Origin: a virus
Lineage: Duplodnaviria; Heunggongvirae; Uroviricota; Caudoviricetes
IMG/VR virus record: IMGVR_UViG_3300028888_000043
Span: 169,756-233,755 of that record
Length of the DNA stretch: 64,000 nucleotides
Reading direction: 5' to 3' (one strand)
Shown: one piece after another, positions 39,065 to 47,667 of the stretch
How positions within the stretch are numbered: position 1 is the first letter of the stretch
How the letters are laid out: every line of letters begins with the position of its first letter
The notes under the pieces: model-generated
Seen by the model: the letters and a program-made list of their open reading frames with translations, nothing else
Databases searched by the model: none
Told to the model about the DNA's origin: nothing
Translations under genes and position numbers: made by a program

Positions 39065-42000
39065 TTAATTATTTTCTTCAAGTGTTCCGTCAACATCAAC
39101 TGGGATTGTTTCAGTACCGGAGTCTATTGTACCGTCAACATCAACTGGAATTACTTCAGTACCAGAATCTATTGTGCCATCAACTGTGACAGGTATTGTT
39201 TCAGTACTGGAGTCTATTGTACCATTAACATCAACCGGGATTGTTTCAGTACCAGAATCTATTGTTCCATCAACATCAACAGGGATTACTTCTGAACCAG
39301 ATTCCAAAGTACCATCAACATCAACTGGGATTATAGTATAGTTAATTTTAACAGTACCATCAATATTGACATCTACCTCTTCTTTTATAGTACCATCAAT
39401 ATTGACATCTACATCAAGAGTATCTGTATTGAATATAGTACCCTCAACATCAATGTTTACAGTTTCTTCTCCTGGTTCTGGCTCATATCTCACTGAACCG
39501 GTGATAGTAACATCATGTTCTGTTGGTGGTGTAGTAATATCTCTTACAGTACCTTCAATACCAACTTCAATTTCTTCTCTTAATGTACCTTCAATACCAA
39601 CTTCAACCTCATCAAGTTTACGTCTTACACGTCCATGGAGAGATACTTGTCTTTGTCTCTGTTCAAATCTGACTTTACCGGTAATGGTTACATCATGTTG
39701 TTTAGGATGCTCCCTGACTGAACCATAAATAGAGACCACAGTGATTGGTGTCAAATTCTCTTCATCAGCTGGAACAATATAATCCGGGTCATCATTATAG
39801 AATGAATTGAATTCATTGAGTTCTTTGAGAAGATTCTGTTCAAGAAGATAGTCATAATCCTTCTTGAATGTCTGGTATAACTTATAGTTTGCAGCCTTGT
39901 CAACTACAATTATGTTTCTTGACAATGTGTACTTGTTTCCAAGTTTATCCTCAAGGTCAAGAGTAACAGTGTAGTTTCCTTCTTTCTTTAACAACAGTGT
40001 AAGGTATCTACCACCTTTATTGTTTTGGTCTTTTGGCCATCTTTTTTCAATACCTGTTGTATTGTTTTTTATTCTCCATTGTGGATTGACCTTACCTGCA
40101 ATCTTACTGTATTCATATCCGAGAATGAACCAGGTGTATGGTTTCACATCAACACCATTCCTGATGTATCTGGTGTATTTTGTGAGAGGTACCAGTTTTG
40201 ACATTTCCCAGGTGATGTTGTCTGCCATATACCATTCATCGTCCACATTCTCATTGTAATATGGACCAGTGTTGGTCATATGACCTTCTGCATCATATAA
40301 AGGAACAGACATATCATCAGGATATGTAAAATCAGTTCTTTCAGATACTGCCCAACCATACATCTTCTCAATATTCTTCTGGATGAAACTGTACATCTGA
40401 CTGTCTGCATCAAGAGGATATTTGATGTTCTTTGGAAGTTCACGGATGTCATAGTAGAATCCAAGCATTTCAATGTTATATGGTTCTACCTTGATACACT
40501 TTTTCTTTGTTCTCTTCTGTCCATGTACCTCCATTGTGACATCATAGTAACCAATATAAGGAAGTTCAAGGAAGAATTGACCTGTCCTGTCAGTGTCAGT
40601 CCAAACCTTTTCAAAATCTTTGTGTTCATACTGTAAGGTAATTCCGGCAACTTTTAGGTCATCATCATATTGATTGTCAGGTTCTGACATCTTCACAGTC
40701 CATTTGATTAAATTGAGGTCATATACATATTCAATGTTATCAAATGTGTAATGTTGTATATTGTTATAATTTGTAGTACCCTCATCATAATATGTTTGTA
40801 ACCCACCAGGAGTCTGTTCCATTGGGGTTTCAAAGTCCATAGCATGACCATCAGATGTTGATGTCGGATAGTTTGGCTGACCATTACTGTCAGTGTCTGT
40901 ATAATTATAAGTTGTACAATCAAATTTCAGGTCACTGTTGTCAAATGTAATCGTAGAATAATCATTACATCTCAAAACCACCTTGGCAGAGAATCTTTCT
41001 GCATCAGAATAATAAGCATATTCTTCATTATCAAGGTTTTTATAATCATATGTGTAATCATCATTGTCCTCTATTTCCTTGAACATTGTATGATTCTCAC
41101 AGGTGTCTTCATAGAATTTGAGATAATAATCACACAACTGTGTATTTGACAATGATGCCATAGCATAGGTATGATTATTCAAATACACATTATTAGTATT
41201 CAAATAATCATTGACAGAATCATTCAACAGGTCAGAAAGCATCTGATTCTGTAAAGGAACATTGTCTTGACCTTCATTTTTCTTGATACTGATGTATCTG
41301 TTGAAATACTCATTATCAGTGATATGCGCATATTTTTTAGGATAGACATTGAAGTCAATATCCCAATCACTCACTGTTGTGTCAATGTCAGAAAATTCAC
41401 CTACCTTATAGATGGACTGGATACCGAAATAGTTACCCTCACCTATGATGTCAATAATCCTGCTGGATCCAGGCATAAACTCCTTGTTGAGTTTTTTCCT
41501 GAGGGCAAACAACTTGATGAGAGCTTCCTCTATGGTGTAGGTAAATTGTTCCTTCACCTTTGGAAGTTCCCATTCATCAATCTCTCCTGTTGGCTTGTTG
41601 ATGTCATAGACAAGGGCAAGGGCATTGACTTTCCTGTAATCCTTGTTTGGAAGTACGATTCGTCTCGCACCGATGGTTAATGCCTCTTTCTTTTTGAGAC
41701 TGTATCTTGAACTGTGATATATCTTACCGAAATTCTCATCATTCCTGTTGATGTTCCTCCAGTACTCAATGATGTTCAGGTTGTCATAACCGAAGAACTT
41801 GATGGCATTGATGATAGCCTTGTATGAACCTATATATGGATAGATGTTACTACCTTCCAGCATCAACTCCTTTCTCTTCTCATTGAGAAGGATATAGTCA
41901 GGCATATATTCCTTGATGTCACTCTTGTAGAACATTATAGTGTCTTCCGGAGTGATGTTGTAACCAAGGTTGGCATTCCATATCTTCAACCTTTCATCTT

Positions 42001-42535
42001 CCTCCACAGTCTCTGCATAGAACTTTATCCTGGCGATTGTCTTGTTGTTGTAAGACATAACCAGAGTCCTTGTGTAAGTGGTGGCATCATGCTTTTCATT
42101 TGCCCTGAATGCTATATGAACAGGAAGTGCCTTTGGAGTAAGATTGTTATCAAGATATACATCATATGTATCAAACCTGTTGATAATAAGTGTATTACAG
42201 TCCGGACCATCATTAGGTGTATAGATAAGTGCAGATGTTTCTTTGATGGTATAAGTCTCATCAAAGTTGAACATAAAGAACTCATCAACAAAGGTATTCT
42301 GTGTATCCCAACTGAATGTTATCTTACCAGGACCGGAAGGAAAACTGAACTCATTGGAGAATGTATCATCATTATTGGGTGTCTCTTCAAGAATATAGAT
42401 GGTTGTATTGGCATATAGACCTACACTGACCTTGGGAAGATAAATCATACCTTCCCAGTATCCCTGTCTACTATTCCAATCAAAGTTAAGATTGTAACCG
42501 TTATAGTTGAAAAATTGTAACTTCCTTACATCCAT
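39065..42535 (-). CDS. large baseplate wedge protein (gp7-like) with C-terminal VxVxGT repeat array
   Basis: Follows gp6; YIGSYKAIINAIKFFGY...EYW wedge-like motif; about 15 strand repeats at the C-terminus. Confidence 0.6.
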   Translation of the reverse strand: MDVRKLQFFNYNGYNLNFDWNSRQGYWEGMIYLPKVSVGLYANTTIYILEETPNNDDTFSNEFSFPSGPGKITFSWDTQNTFVDEFFMFNFDETYTIKETSALIYTPNDGPDCNTLIINRFDTYDVYLDNNLTPKALPVHIAFRANEKHDATTYTRTLVMSYNNKTIARIKFYAETVEEDERLKIWNANLGYNITPEDTIMFYKSDIKEYMPDYILLNEKRKELMLEGSNIYPYIGSYKAIINAIKFFGYDNLNIIEYWRNINRNDENFGKIYHSSRYSLKKKEALTIGARRIVLPNKDYRKVNALALVYDINKPTGEIDEWELPKVKEQFTYTIEEALIKLFALRKKLNKEFMPGSSRIIDIIGEGNYFGIQSIYKVGEFSDIDTTVSDWDIDFNVYPKKYAHITDNEYFNRYISIKKNEGQDNVPLQNQMLSDLLNDSVNDYLNTNNVYLNNHTYAMASLSNTQLCDYYLKFYEDTCENHTMFKEIEDNDDYTYDYKNLDNEEYAYYSDAERFSAKVVLRCNDYSTITFDNSDLKFDCTTYNYTDTDSNGQPNYPTSTSDGHAMDFETPMEQTPGGLQTYYDEGTTNYNNIQHYTFDNIEYVYDLNLIKWTVKMSEPDNQYDDDLKVAGITLQYEHKDFEKVWTDTDRTGQFFLELPYIGYYDVTMEVHGQKRTKKKCIKVEPYNIEMLGFYYDIRELPKNIKYPLDADSQMYSFIQKNIEKMYGWAVSERTDFTYPDDMSVPLYDAEGHMTNTGPYYNENVDDEWYMADNITWEMSKLVPLTKYTRYIRNGVDVKPYTWFILGYEYSKIAGKVNPQWRIKNNTTGIEKRWPKDQNNKGGRYLTLLLKKEGNYTVTLDLEDKLGNKYTLSRNIIVVDKAANYKLYQTFKKDYDYLLEQNLLKELNEFNSFYNDDPDYIVPADEENLTPITVVSIYGSVREHPKQHDVTITGKVRFEQRQRQVSLHGRVRRKLDEVEVGIEGTLREEIEVGIEGTVRDITTPPTEHDVTITGSVRYEPEPGEETVNIDVEGTIFNTDTLDVDVNIDGTIKEEVDVNIDGTVKINYTIIPVDVDGTLESGSEVIPVDVDGTIDSGTETIPVDVNGTIDSSTETIPVTVDGTIDSGTEVIPVDVDGTIDSGTETIPVDVDGTLEENN
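39068..39743 (-). repeat. about 15 coding repeats, consensus V-x-(I/V)-x-G-(T/S); the last six are 15-aa IPVDVDGTIDSGTET units (45 nt)
   Basis: Visible in the translation and in the DNA. Confidence 0.85.
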
Positions 42536-42819
42536 TAGTCAATGCGTTTGTAATCTTTTCTGACAGCATAGTTATTGAAGTTCCTCAAATACTTTACACT
42601 GTTGATGAGATGGGACATTATCCTGTTGAGATAAGGAAAGAACTGTCTCATCATAGGGTTCTTTTGGAGATACCTACTGGTGTTGTCTTCCATCAGTGTG
42701 TTCTCATATTTGTAACCCTCATTCTTTGTTTCCCATCTACTCTCATTTATCTTGTCATAGATGGAGTTGAAACCTTTGTACTTAATGATGTTCAAATCAG
42801 TATTCTTTGAAGTATCCAT
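42535..42819 (-). CDS. small baseplate-region protein
   Basis: 94 aa, coupled between gp6 and the gp7-like gene. Confidence 0.7.
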   Translation of the reverse strand: MDTSKNTDLNIIKYKGFNSIYDKINESRWETKNEGYKYENTLMEDNTSRYLQKNPMMRQFFPYLNRIMSHLINSVKYLRNFNNYAVRKDYKRID

Positions 42820-42822
42820 CTA

Positions 42823-44598
42823 TTAGTAGTTGTTTTTTAATAATGTATTGAGTTTTCTCTGCATAGCAAGATTATAAGCAGAACTATCTACCTTGTCAAT
42901 GAAGAAGATGTTGAGAGGTCCGAGCTTTCCTTCTTCTGGAGTCTCTGTGTAGTAGTTTCCATCCCTGTCTTTCCATCCACCCTTTGGGATGAAGATTTCA
43001 TATTCATTGACTTTGAGATTACCGAAATTGTCAAATCCAATCCTTGGGTCTTCATCATAACCCACATAGACCTTCTGTCTCTTCTCTATGTATTCAAGAC
43101 CATCCCAGGTCATCTCATTCTCATAATAGTAACCATTGACGATTGCCCTTTCATTCTCTTCATTGACAAAGAATACATCACATGTATCTACACCGTCAAT
43201 ACCCTCCACAAGGGAGATGATGTCAGAGAGAGGAACAATGTCATTCCTGTTGATGTTGAGGAAATACTGACCGAGACGCTTCCTGATACTTGCCCTGATA
43301 CTTGTCCTGTCAATGTCCTCGAAGTAGCGGATAATGATGTTGATGACAAACCTCTTCACAGTGGGGTCGACAATCTGGACTTCAGCATTGACAAGCATCC
43401 TTCCTGAATCATCCAATGCACTGATGATGGAATTCTTCTCATATTCACTCAAAGTGAACTCATTTGCCGGAAGTTCAAAGTAGTCTTGATTACTGGAAAG
43501 TTTCTTCTTCATATTAGGGATGATTTTCAGATAGACTACATTGTCATCATAGATGTCCGCATCATCCTTTGTGTTATAAGCATATATGAAGGAATACTGG
43601 TTATACTTTGAGAGATAACTGACATAGTTTTCAGGTGTTGCAAGTACAAATGACTTACTGGCCTTCGGAGCAATCATCTTTGTGAATTCAGGATCCTCAA
43701 AGTCACTACCCAACATAGGTGGTGCTACTGTCTCCACTATAAGTACATCATTGAGATTCACTTCATTACCATATTCATCAACACCAGTATCATCAAAGAG
43801 ATAGGTGAGATGAGATGTGTTTGCATTACCTTCTGAACCGGTTGTCCTGATGTATGTCACTTCTATCAATGAACCTGCTGGCGGAATCTTTCCGAATTCA
43901 CCATTTCCAAAGAAAATTGAGAGACCAACATTGACTGATGACTTGGCAATGAAGCATTCCGAACTCTCACTGATGTCATCATCGGCAGGCATATCATAAA
44001 GACTGTTAACTCTTTTCCATACTTTTCCATTGACAGAGACAGCCACATTGTCATTGTCAGTCATATTCTTGATAATGGGATTGAAGGACTGGAGTGGTGT
44101 TCCATCTGATGTGAAGGTCTGCGTTTCAGGAATTCCCTGAATAAAATTCACATTGGTAAACGTTGTATCTGCAACATTGAGTCTAATATAATCAGAAGGA
44201 AGGTTCAAGAAGTAAGTACATCCTGTTTCTGCAATTGTGAACTTTGTGAAATTATTGATAGTAACAAAGTTACCTTCAATCAAATCTGATGAAGTGTTAA
44301 GTTTCAATGCCATCATACCATAGGCACTTCCACCCCTGTAAGCATCATGTCCTGTCATCTGGGCCAGACCATAGATTGTCTCTATATTCTGGGCAGTCTT
44401 GATATTAAGTTCTTCTGCTGTATGAGCAATATATGTGAATATGAGTTCAGCCATATTTGATACAACAATAAGTAGTTGTCCAAATGGAGAAGCAGATGTA
44501 AATACATGTGCTGCTTGATTATATTTGTTATGTAGGAACACAACTGCTTGTTCCATCAAATCACTGGCTTTGAGCCTTGTTCTGGATAAAAATCCCAT
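42823..44598 (-). CDS. gp6: baseplate wedge protein gp6-like
   Basis: ELNIKTAQ..ETIYGLAQMTG, QGI...QTFTSDG, IFFGNGEFGKIP..GSLIEVTY.RT.G..GN, LATPENY. Confidence 0.85.
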   Translation of the reverse strand: MGFLSRTRLKASDLMEQAVVFLHNKYNQAAHVFTSASPFGQLLIVVSNMAELIFTYIAHTAEELNIKTAQNIETIYGLAQMTGHDAYRGGSAYGMMALKLNTSSDLIEGNFVTINNFTKFTIAETGCTYFLNLPSDYIRLNVADTTFTNVNFIQGIPETQTFTSDGTPLQSFNPIIKNMTDNDNVAVSVNGKVWKRVNSLYDMPADDDISESSECFIAKSSVNVGLSIFFGNGEFGKIPPAGSLIEVTYIRTTGSEGNANTSHLTYLFDDTGVDEYGNEVNLNDVLIVETVAPPMLGSDFEDPEFTKMIAPKASKSFVLATPENYVSYLSKYNQYSFIYAYNTKDDADIYDDNVVYLKIIPNMKKKLSSNQDYFELPANEFTLSEYEKNSIISALDDSGRMLVNAEVQIVDPTVKRFVINIIIRYFEDIDRTSIRASIRKRLGQYFLNINRNDIVPLSDIISLVEGIDGVDTCDVFFVNEENERAIVNGYYYENEMTWDGLEYIEKRQKVYVGYDEDPRIGFDNFGNLKVNEYEIFIPKGGWKDRDGNYYTETPEEGKLGPLNIFFIDKVDSSAYNLAMQRKLNTLLKNNY

Positions 44599-44625
44599 AT
44601 ACTTGATGTGTATATATTATATAAG

Positions 44626-44633
44626 TATTTATG
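44626..44633 (-). promoter_or_regulatory. late promoter CATAAATA
   Basis: Upstream of gp6. Confidence 0.7.
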
Positions 44634-44643
44634 GTTTATAGTA

Positions 44644-44689
44644 TTTGTACCACCAAAAAAGTTTGTACCACCTTTTTTAGTGGTACAAA
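44644..44689. repeat. TTTGTACCAC twice direct plus one inverted copy
   Basis: 44644-44654, 44662-44672 and GTGGTACAAA at 44680-44689. Confidence 0.75.
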
Positions 44690-44714
44690 AAAAGAGATGA
44701 CTTAATGTCATCTC
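44686..44714 (-). terminator. intrinsic terminator after gp25
   Basis: GAGATGAC/GTCATCTC stem with A-run on the left. Confidence 0.6.
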
Positions 44715-45074
44715 CTATACCAAGTATGATGCAACCTTTTTGTTGTTTATCACCAAATCGACGATCATTGCCACATTCAGTTTCCATCTGACAAACTGCA
44801 CATCAACATCAACACTGTATGAACCGTCAAGATAGATGAAACTCCTAATCTGATTCATAATGATGTTCTTTATCATACTTTCATTGTATGTTGTGTCAAA
44901 CAGATACCTTCCAAGACCACATCCAAATTCAGGCATGCACAGAACATCACCTTTATTGGTGAACAGAATCATATCAACCTGCTGTATGATTTCATCCAGT
45001 TCACCGGTGATTTCAAGTACATTGTCCTTATATCTTGGTTCCTCTTCAGGAATGGCATAGATGTCTTTTAACAT
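44715..45074 (-). CDS. gp25: baseplate wedge protein gp25-like
   Basis: IIQQVDMILFTNKGDVL.MPEFGCGL..YLF motif. Confidence 0.88.
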   Translation of the reverse strand: MLKDIYAIPEEEPRYKDNVLEITGELDEIIQQVDMILFTNKGDVLCMPEFGCGLGRYLFDTTYNESMIKNIIMNQIRSFIYLDGSYSVDVDVQFVRWKLNVAMIVDLVINNKKVASYLV

Positions 45075-46360
45075 TACTGAATTTCATTTACATTTGTCTT
45101 CTCCACATCATCATCAATCTCTGCCATAGATATGATGACTGTTGTGTTCCTCAGTGAACCGCCTTTCATGGATCCTCCCATCTTACCGAGCTGACCGGAT
45201 ACATTACAGTCTTTCAACTTGATGTTCCTGCTGATGAAAGAATCCCTGATCTTACAGTCCTTGCAGTCAGCATAACCGAAGAGATTACTCTTGATGATGG
45301 ATGACTTCTCAATCTTTGTGTCATACACATCACAGTCCCTGATGGTACAGTTGGTGAGTTCACTATCAACAATGTCAACACCATTGATGTGATAACACTT
45401 CTTGATTTCCAGGTTTTTCAACTGGAGTTTGGAGATGTCTGAATCATAGTTGATTTCAGCTTCCTTGATACCACTCTTAATAACAATGTCAAAAAGTTTG
45501 TCCTTTATGGAAGGGAAGATGACATCAATTTCCATACTGTCATTGTTGAGGTCTTTGGTGAACTTGATTTTTTTGTATCTCTCCCTGAACAGTTCATAAC
45601 ATGAGAATGCTCCGGCAATATCCTTATATGTCTTGTCAAGTTCATCCAACTTCTTTGTTTCTTCTTCCGTGAAGTCATATGATACACAGGAATTGTAAAG
45701 GGTGATGATTGTATGGTTCATACATTTCAGAAGTTCTTCCCATTTGTTCCTGTAATTGATTTCCCTTGCATATGTGAAGGTGATGTAACCAAGTTTGATG
45801 GTACTGAAATCAATACCATATATATCTTCATAATCAGTGAATTTCAATACATCCATTCTCTTCCTGATAGTGTCAGAACATGATTCCAGGTTCAATGGTT
45901 TGATGTCAGTGAGTTTTTCAAAACTACCATCCAGTGTCAAATCAGTAATATGCTTCAAGATATAATCCTCATTGAATTCAAGGACAAACTTCATTACATT
46001 GATCTGGGATACATCACAGAACCCATCATTGAATCCGATTCTGAAATAGAGATAGGAGTTCTTCTCATCTTTGAGACCTTTCAACAGTTCAAGGATTTTA
46101 GGAAGGATGAATAATGCCTCGAAATAACTGTATTGTGGAGTCTTCACTTCACACATCTTACCATCAATGGTCATCACTGCATGACTGTCAGTGGGTTCAA
46201 GGAGTTTATACTTGATATTGGAGAATGACACATCTCTGTTGAGAATATCTTTCAGTTTTGTCAACAATATATTTTCATCATCTTTGAACAGACCTTTGAA
46301 CTCAAATCCTATCGTTGAGTTACCTGTAATATGGTCATTCTGAAATAAGTTATTGTTCAT
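45074..46360 (-). CDS. amidoligase (COOH-NH2 ligase)-like fold, degenerate, with C-terminal beta-helix-like repeats
   Basis: TIGFEF, CEVKTP, IDFS....GYITF pattern; C-terminal ...DCKIRDSFI... repeats; coupled to gp25. Confidence 0.5.
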   Translation of the reverse strand: MNNNLFQNDHITGNSTIGFEFKGLFKDDENILLTKLKDILNRDVSFSNIKYKLLEPTDSHAVMTIDGKMCEVKTPQYSYFEALFILPKILELLKGLKDEKNSYLYFRIGFNDGFCDVSQINVMKFVLEFNEDYILKHITDLTLDGSFEKLTDIKPLNLESCSDTIRKRMDVLKFTDYEDIYGIDFSTIKLGYITFTYAREINYRNKWEELLKCMNHTIITLYNSCVSYDFTEEETKKLDELDKTYKDIAGAFSCYELFRERYKKIKFTKDLNNDSMEIDVIFPSIKDKLFDIVIKSGIKEAEINYDSDISKLQLKNLEIKKCYHINGVDIVDSELTNCTIRDCDVYDTKIEKSSIIKSNLFGYADCKDCKIRDSFISRNIKLKDCNVSGQLGKMGGSMKGGSLRNTTVIISMAEIDDDVEKTNVNEIQ

Positions 46361-46380
46361 AAGTATACACTATTATAAGG

Positions 46381-46388
46381 TATTTATG
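46381..46388 (-). promoter_or_regulatory. late promoter CATAAATA
   Basis: Upstream of ORF 46360. Confidence 0.7.
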
Positions 46389-46417
46389 AAAAAAGGAATG
46401 ACCTGGGTCATTCCTTT
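46389..46417 (-). terminator. intrinsic terminator closing the gp55 + tRNA-like transcript
   Basis: AAAGGAATGACC/GGTCATTCCTTT with A-run on the left. Confidence 0.75.
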
Positions 46418-46442
46418 GAGGTTATATATTTGTTGTTCAAAT

Positions 46443-46586
46443 TAATGAGGATATAGAAGGATTGGAACCAACATTCATAATGCAAGAGGATTCGAACCTA
46501 CTATCCCTACCGCTATTAGCCTCGGATTTCCTAAACCATTAGAAGATACATTTGTCTTAACCATTTTAGACGATATATCCTCATTA
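46443..46586 (-). ncRNA. nested tRNA-like structured RNA (tRNA-in-tRNA), no canonical anticodon loop
   Basis: 13-bp terminal stem; two D-arm-like motifs (GTCT-AAAATGGTTA-AGAC; TTCT-AATGGTTT-AGGA) followed by two T-loop-like motifs (GGTTCGAATCC; GGTTCCAATCC). Confidence 0.65.
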
Positions 46587-46622
46587 TTGACAACTGATAT
46601 ATAATTACTCATTCTGTTTCAA

Positions 46623-47309
46623 TTAGATGTTGTACAAATCGAATGGTTTTCCATTTTCATCCAGACAGGAGATGGAAATCGTTCCATTGTACTTCTTGGG
46701 ATGCAGGATTCTGTGTGCCCCAGCAATTCCAAAATAGGCAATCTGTGAACAGAAAGCAAATGCACTGTTACTTTTTCCATTCAAATCAATGGGTTCATAC
46801 TTCCAGAAATTTGAACAGAGGTCCAGGACTGCATTGGCCTTACAGTCCTGTCCGTCATCTGGGTTAGACCAGTAGAAACTTCTTGAAATGTTTTCTACTA
46901 TGAGTTGAAACATCTTTGCGAGTCTGTCACTGACAATGGGTTTCCTCATCTGGATATCAAGTTTCAGGGCATCCTCCTTGGTCATCTCTCCATTCCTGAC
47001 CATTTCATCGATAACATCCTTGTCATATTCCCTGATCATTCTAACCCAATATGACCTTTCAGGCATATACCCATTCTTTATAGCAAGATTATATTTCTCA
47101 ATCATCTCACTATTGTTACTTGTGAATTTGAATCCGATAGGAAATACAGTCGTTTCTTCATCCTCATCAGATTCACTACCCGGATATGCCCACACTGGAA
47201 GTGATGGATCAAATCCATTAGCAACTGCCTTTTCATAACCATCAGTTATGCATTTTAAAATCTCATCCCTTAATTCTACATTACTTAAATAATTTTTCTT
47301 TTTGGCCAT
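46623..47309 (-). CDS. gp55: T4 gp55-like late sigma factor
   Basis: KNYLSNVEL, LAKMFQLIVENISRSFYW, D.QDC...A..DL...FWKYEP, NSAFAFCSQIAY match the gp55 layout. Confidence 0.8.
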   Translation of the reverse strand: MAKKKNYLSNVELRDEILKCITDGYEKAVANGFDPSLPVWAYPGSESDEDEETTVFPIGFKFTSNNSEMIEKYNLAIKNGYMPERSYWVRMIREYDKDVIDEMVRNGEMTKEDALKLDIQMRKPIVSDRLAKMFQLIVENISRSFYWSNPDDGQDCKANAVLDLCSNFWKYEPIDLNGKSNSAFAFCSQIAYFGIAGAHRILHPKKYNGTISISCLDENGKPFDLYNI

Positions 47310-47337
47310 TATTAGTTAAAGGAGATATTGTATATAA

Positions 47338-47349
47338 TAAATATAACAA
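47338..47349 (-). promoter_or_regulatory. TTGTTATATTTA promoter (middle-type)
   Basis: Exact reverse-complement motif upstream of gp55. Confidence 0.7.
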
Positions 47350-47353
47350 AATT

Positions 47354-47387
47354 AAAAATGTGGGGATTCATATCAATCCCCACATTT
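47354..47387 (-). terminator. intrinsic terminator
   Basis: AAATGTGGGGATT/AATCCCCACATTT. Confidence 0.75.
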
Positions 47388-47663
47388 CTACACATCTATC
47401 TGTAGATTCTTTTTCTGTGTGATGAGTTCTTCATCATCCTTATAACAAGTCACAAATGATTCCGGATCCAGTTGACCGAACTCCGTTGCTGAAACCAATA
47501 CCTTGTCACCTTTTTTGAGACCCTTTACCGGTACCACTACGGTAACTTCGGTATAACCATTTTTCATCATCTTCTTCTTGTTGTGGTTGAGAAGTTCCGC
47601 ATCGGCAGGATTTTCAAGGAAGGTTTCATTGATAAACTCTTTGAAACACTTTACCCTTTCCAT
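47388..47663 (-). CDS. small protein with capsid-targeting-like N-terminus
   Basis: MERVKCFKEFINE. Confidence 0.7.
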   Translation of the reverse strand: MERVKCFKEFINETFLENPADAELLNHNKKKMMKNGYTEVTVVVPVKGLKKGDKVLVSATEFGQLDPESFVTCYKDDEELITQKKNLQIDV

Positions 47664-47667
47664 AATC

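Noticed and set aside
37361-39743. CRISPR array
   Set aside because: The repeats are in-frame coding repeats of 39 or 45 nt with synonymous variation, without unique spacers or cas genes.
46449-46580. Ordinary functional tRNA or group I intron-containing tRNA
   Set aside because: No canonical anticodon loop, imperfect T-stems, and the insert is too short for a group I intron and is itself tRNA-like.
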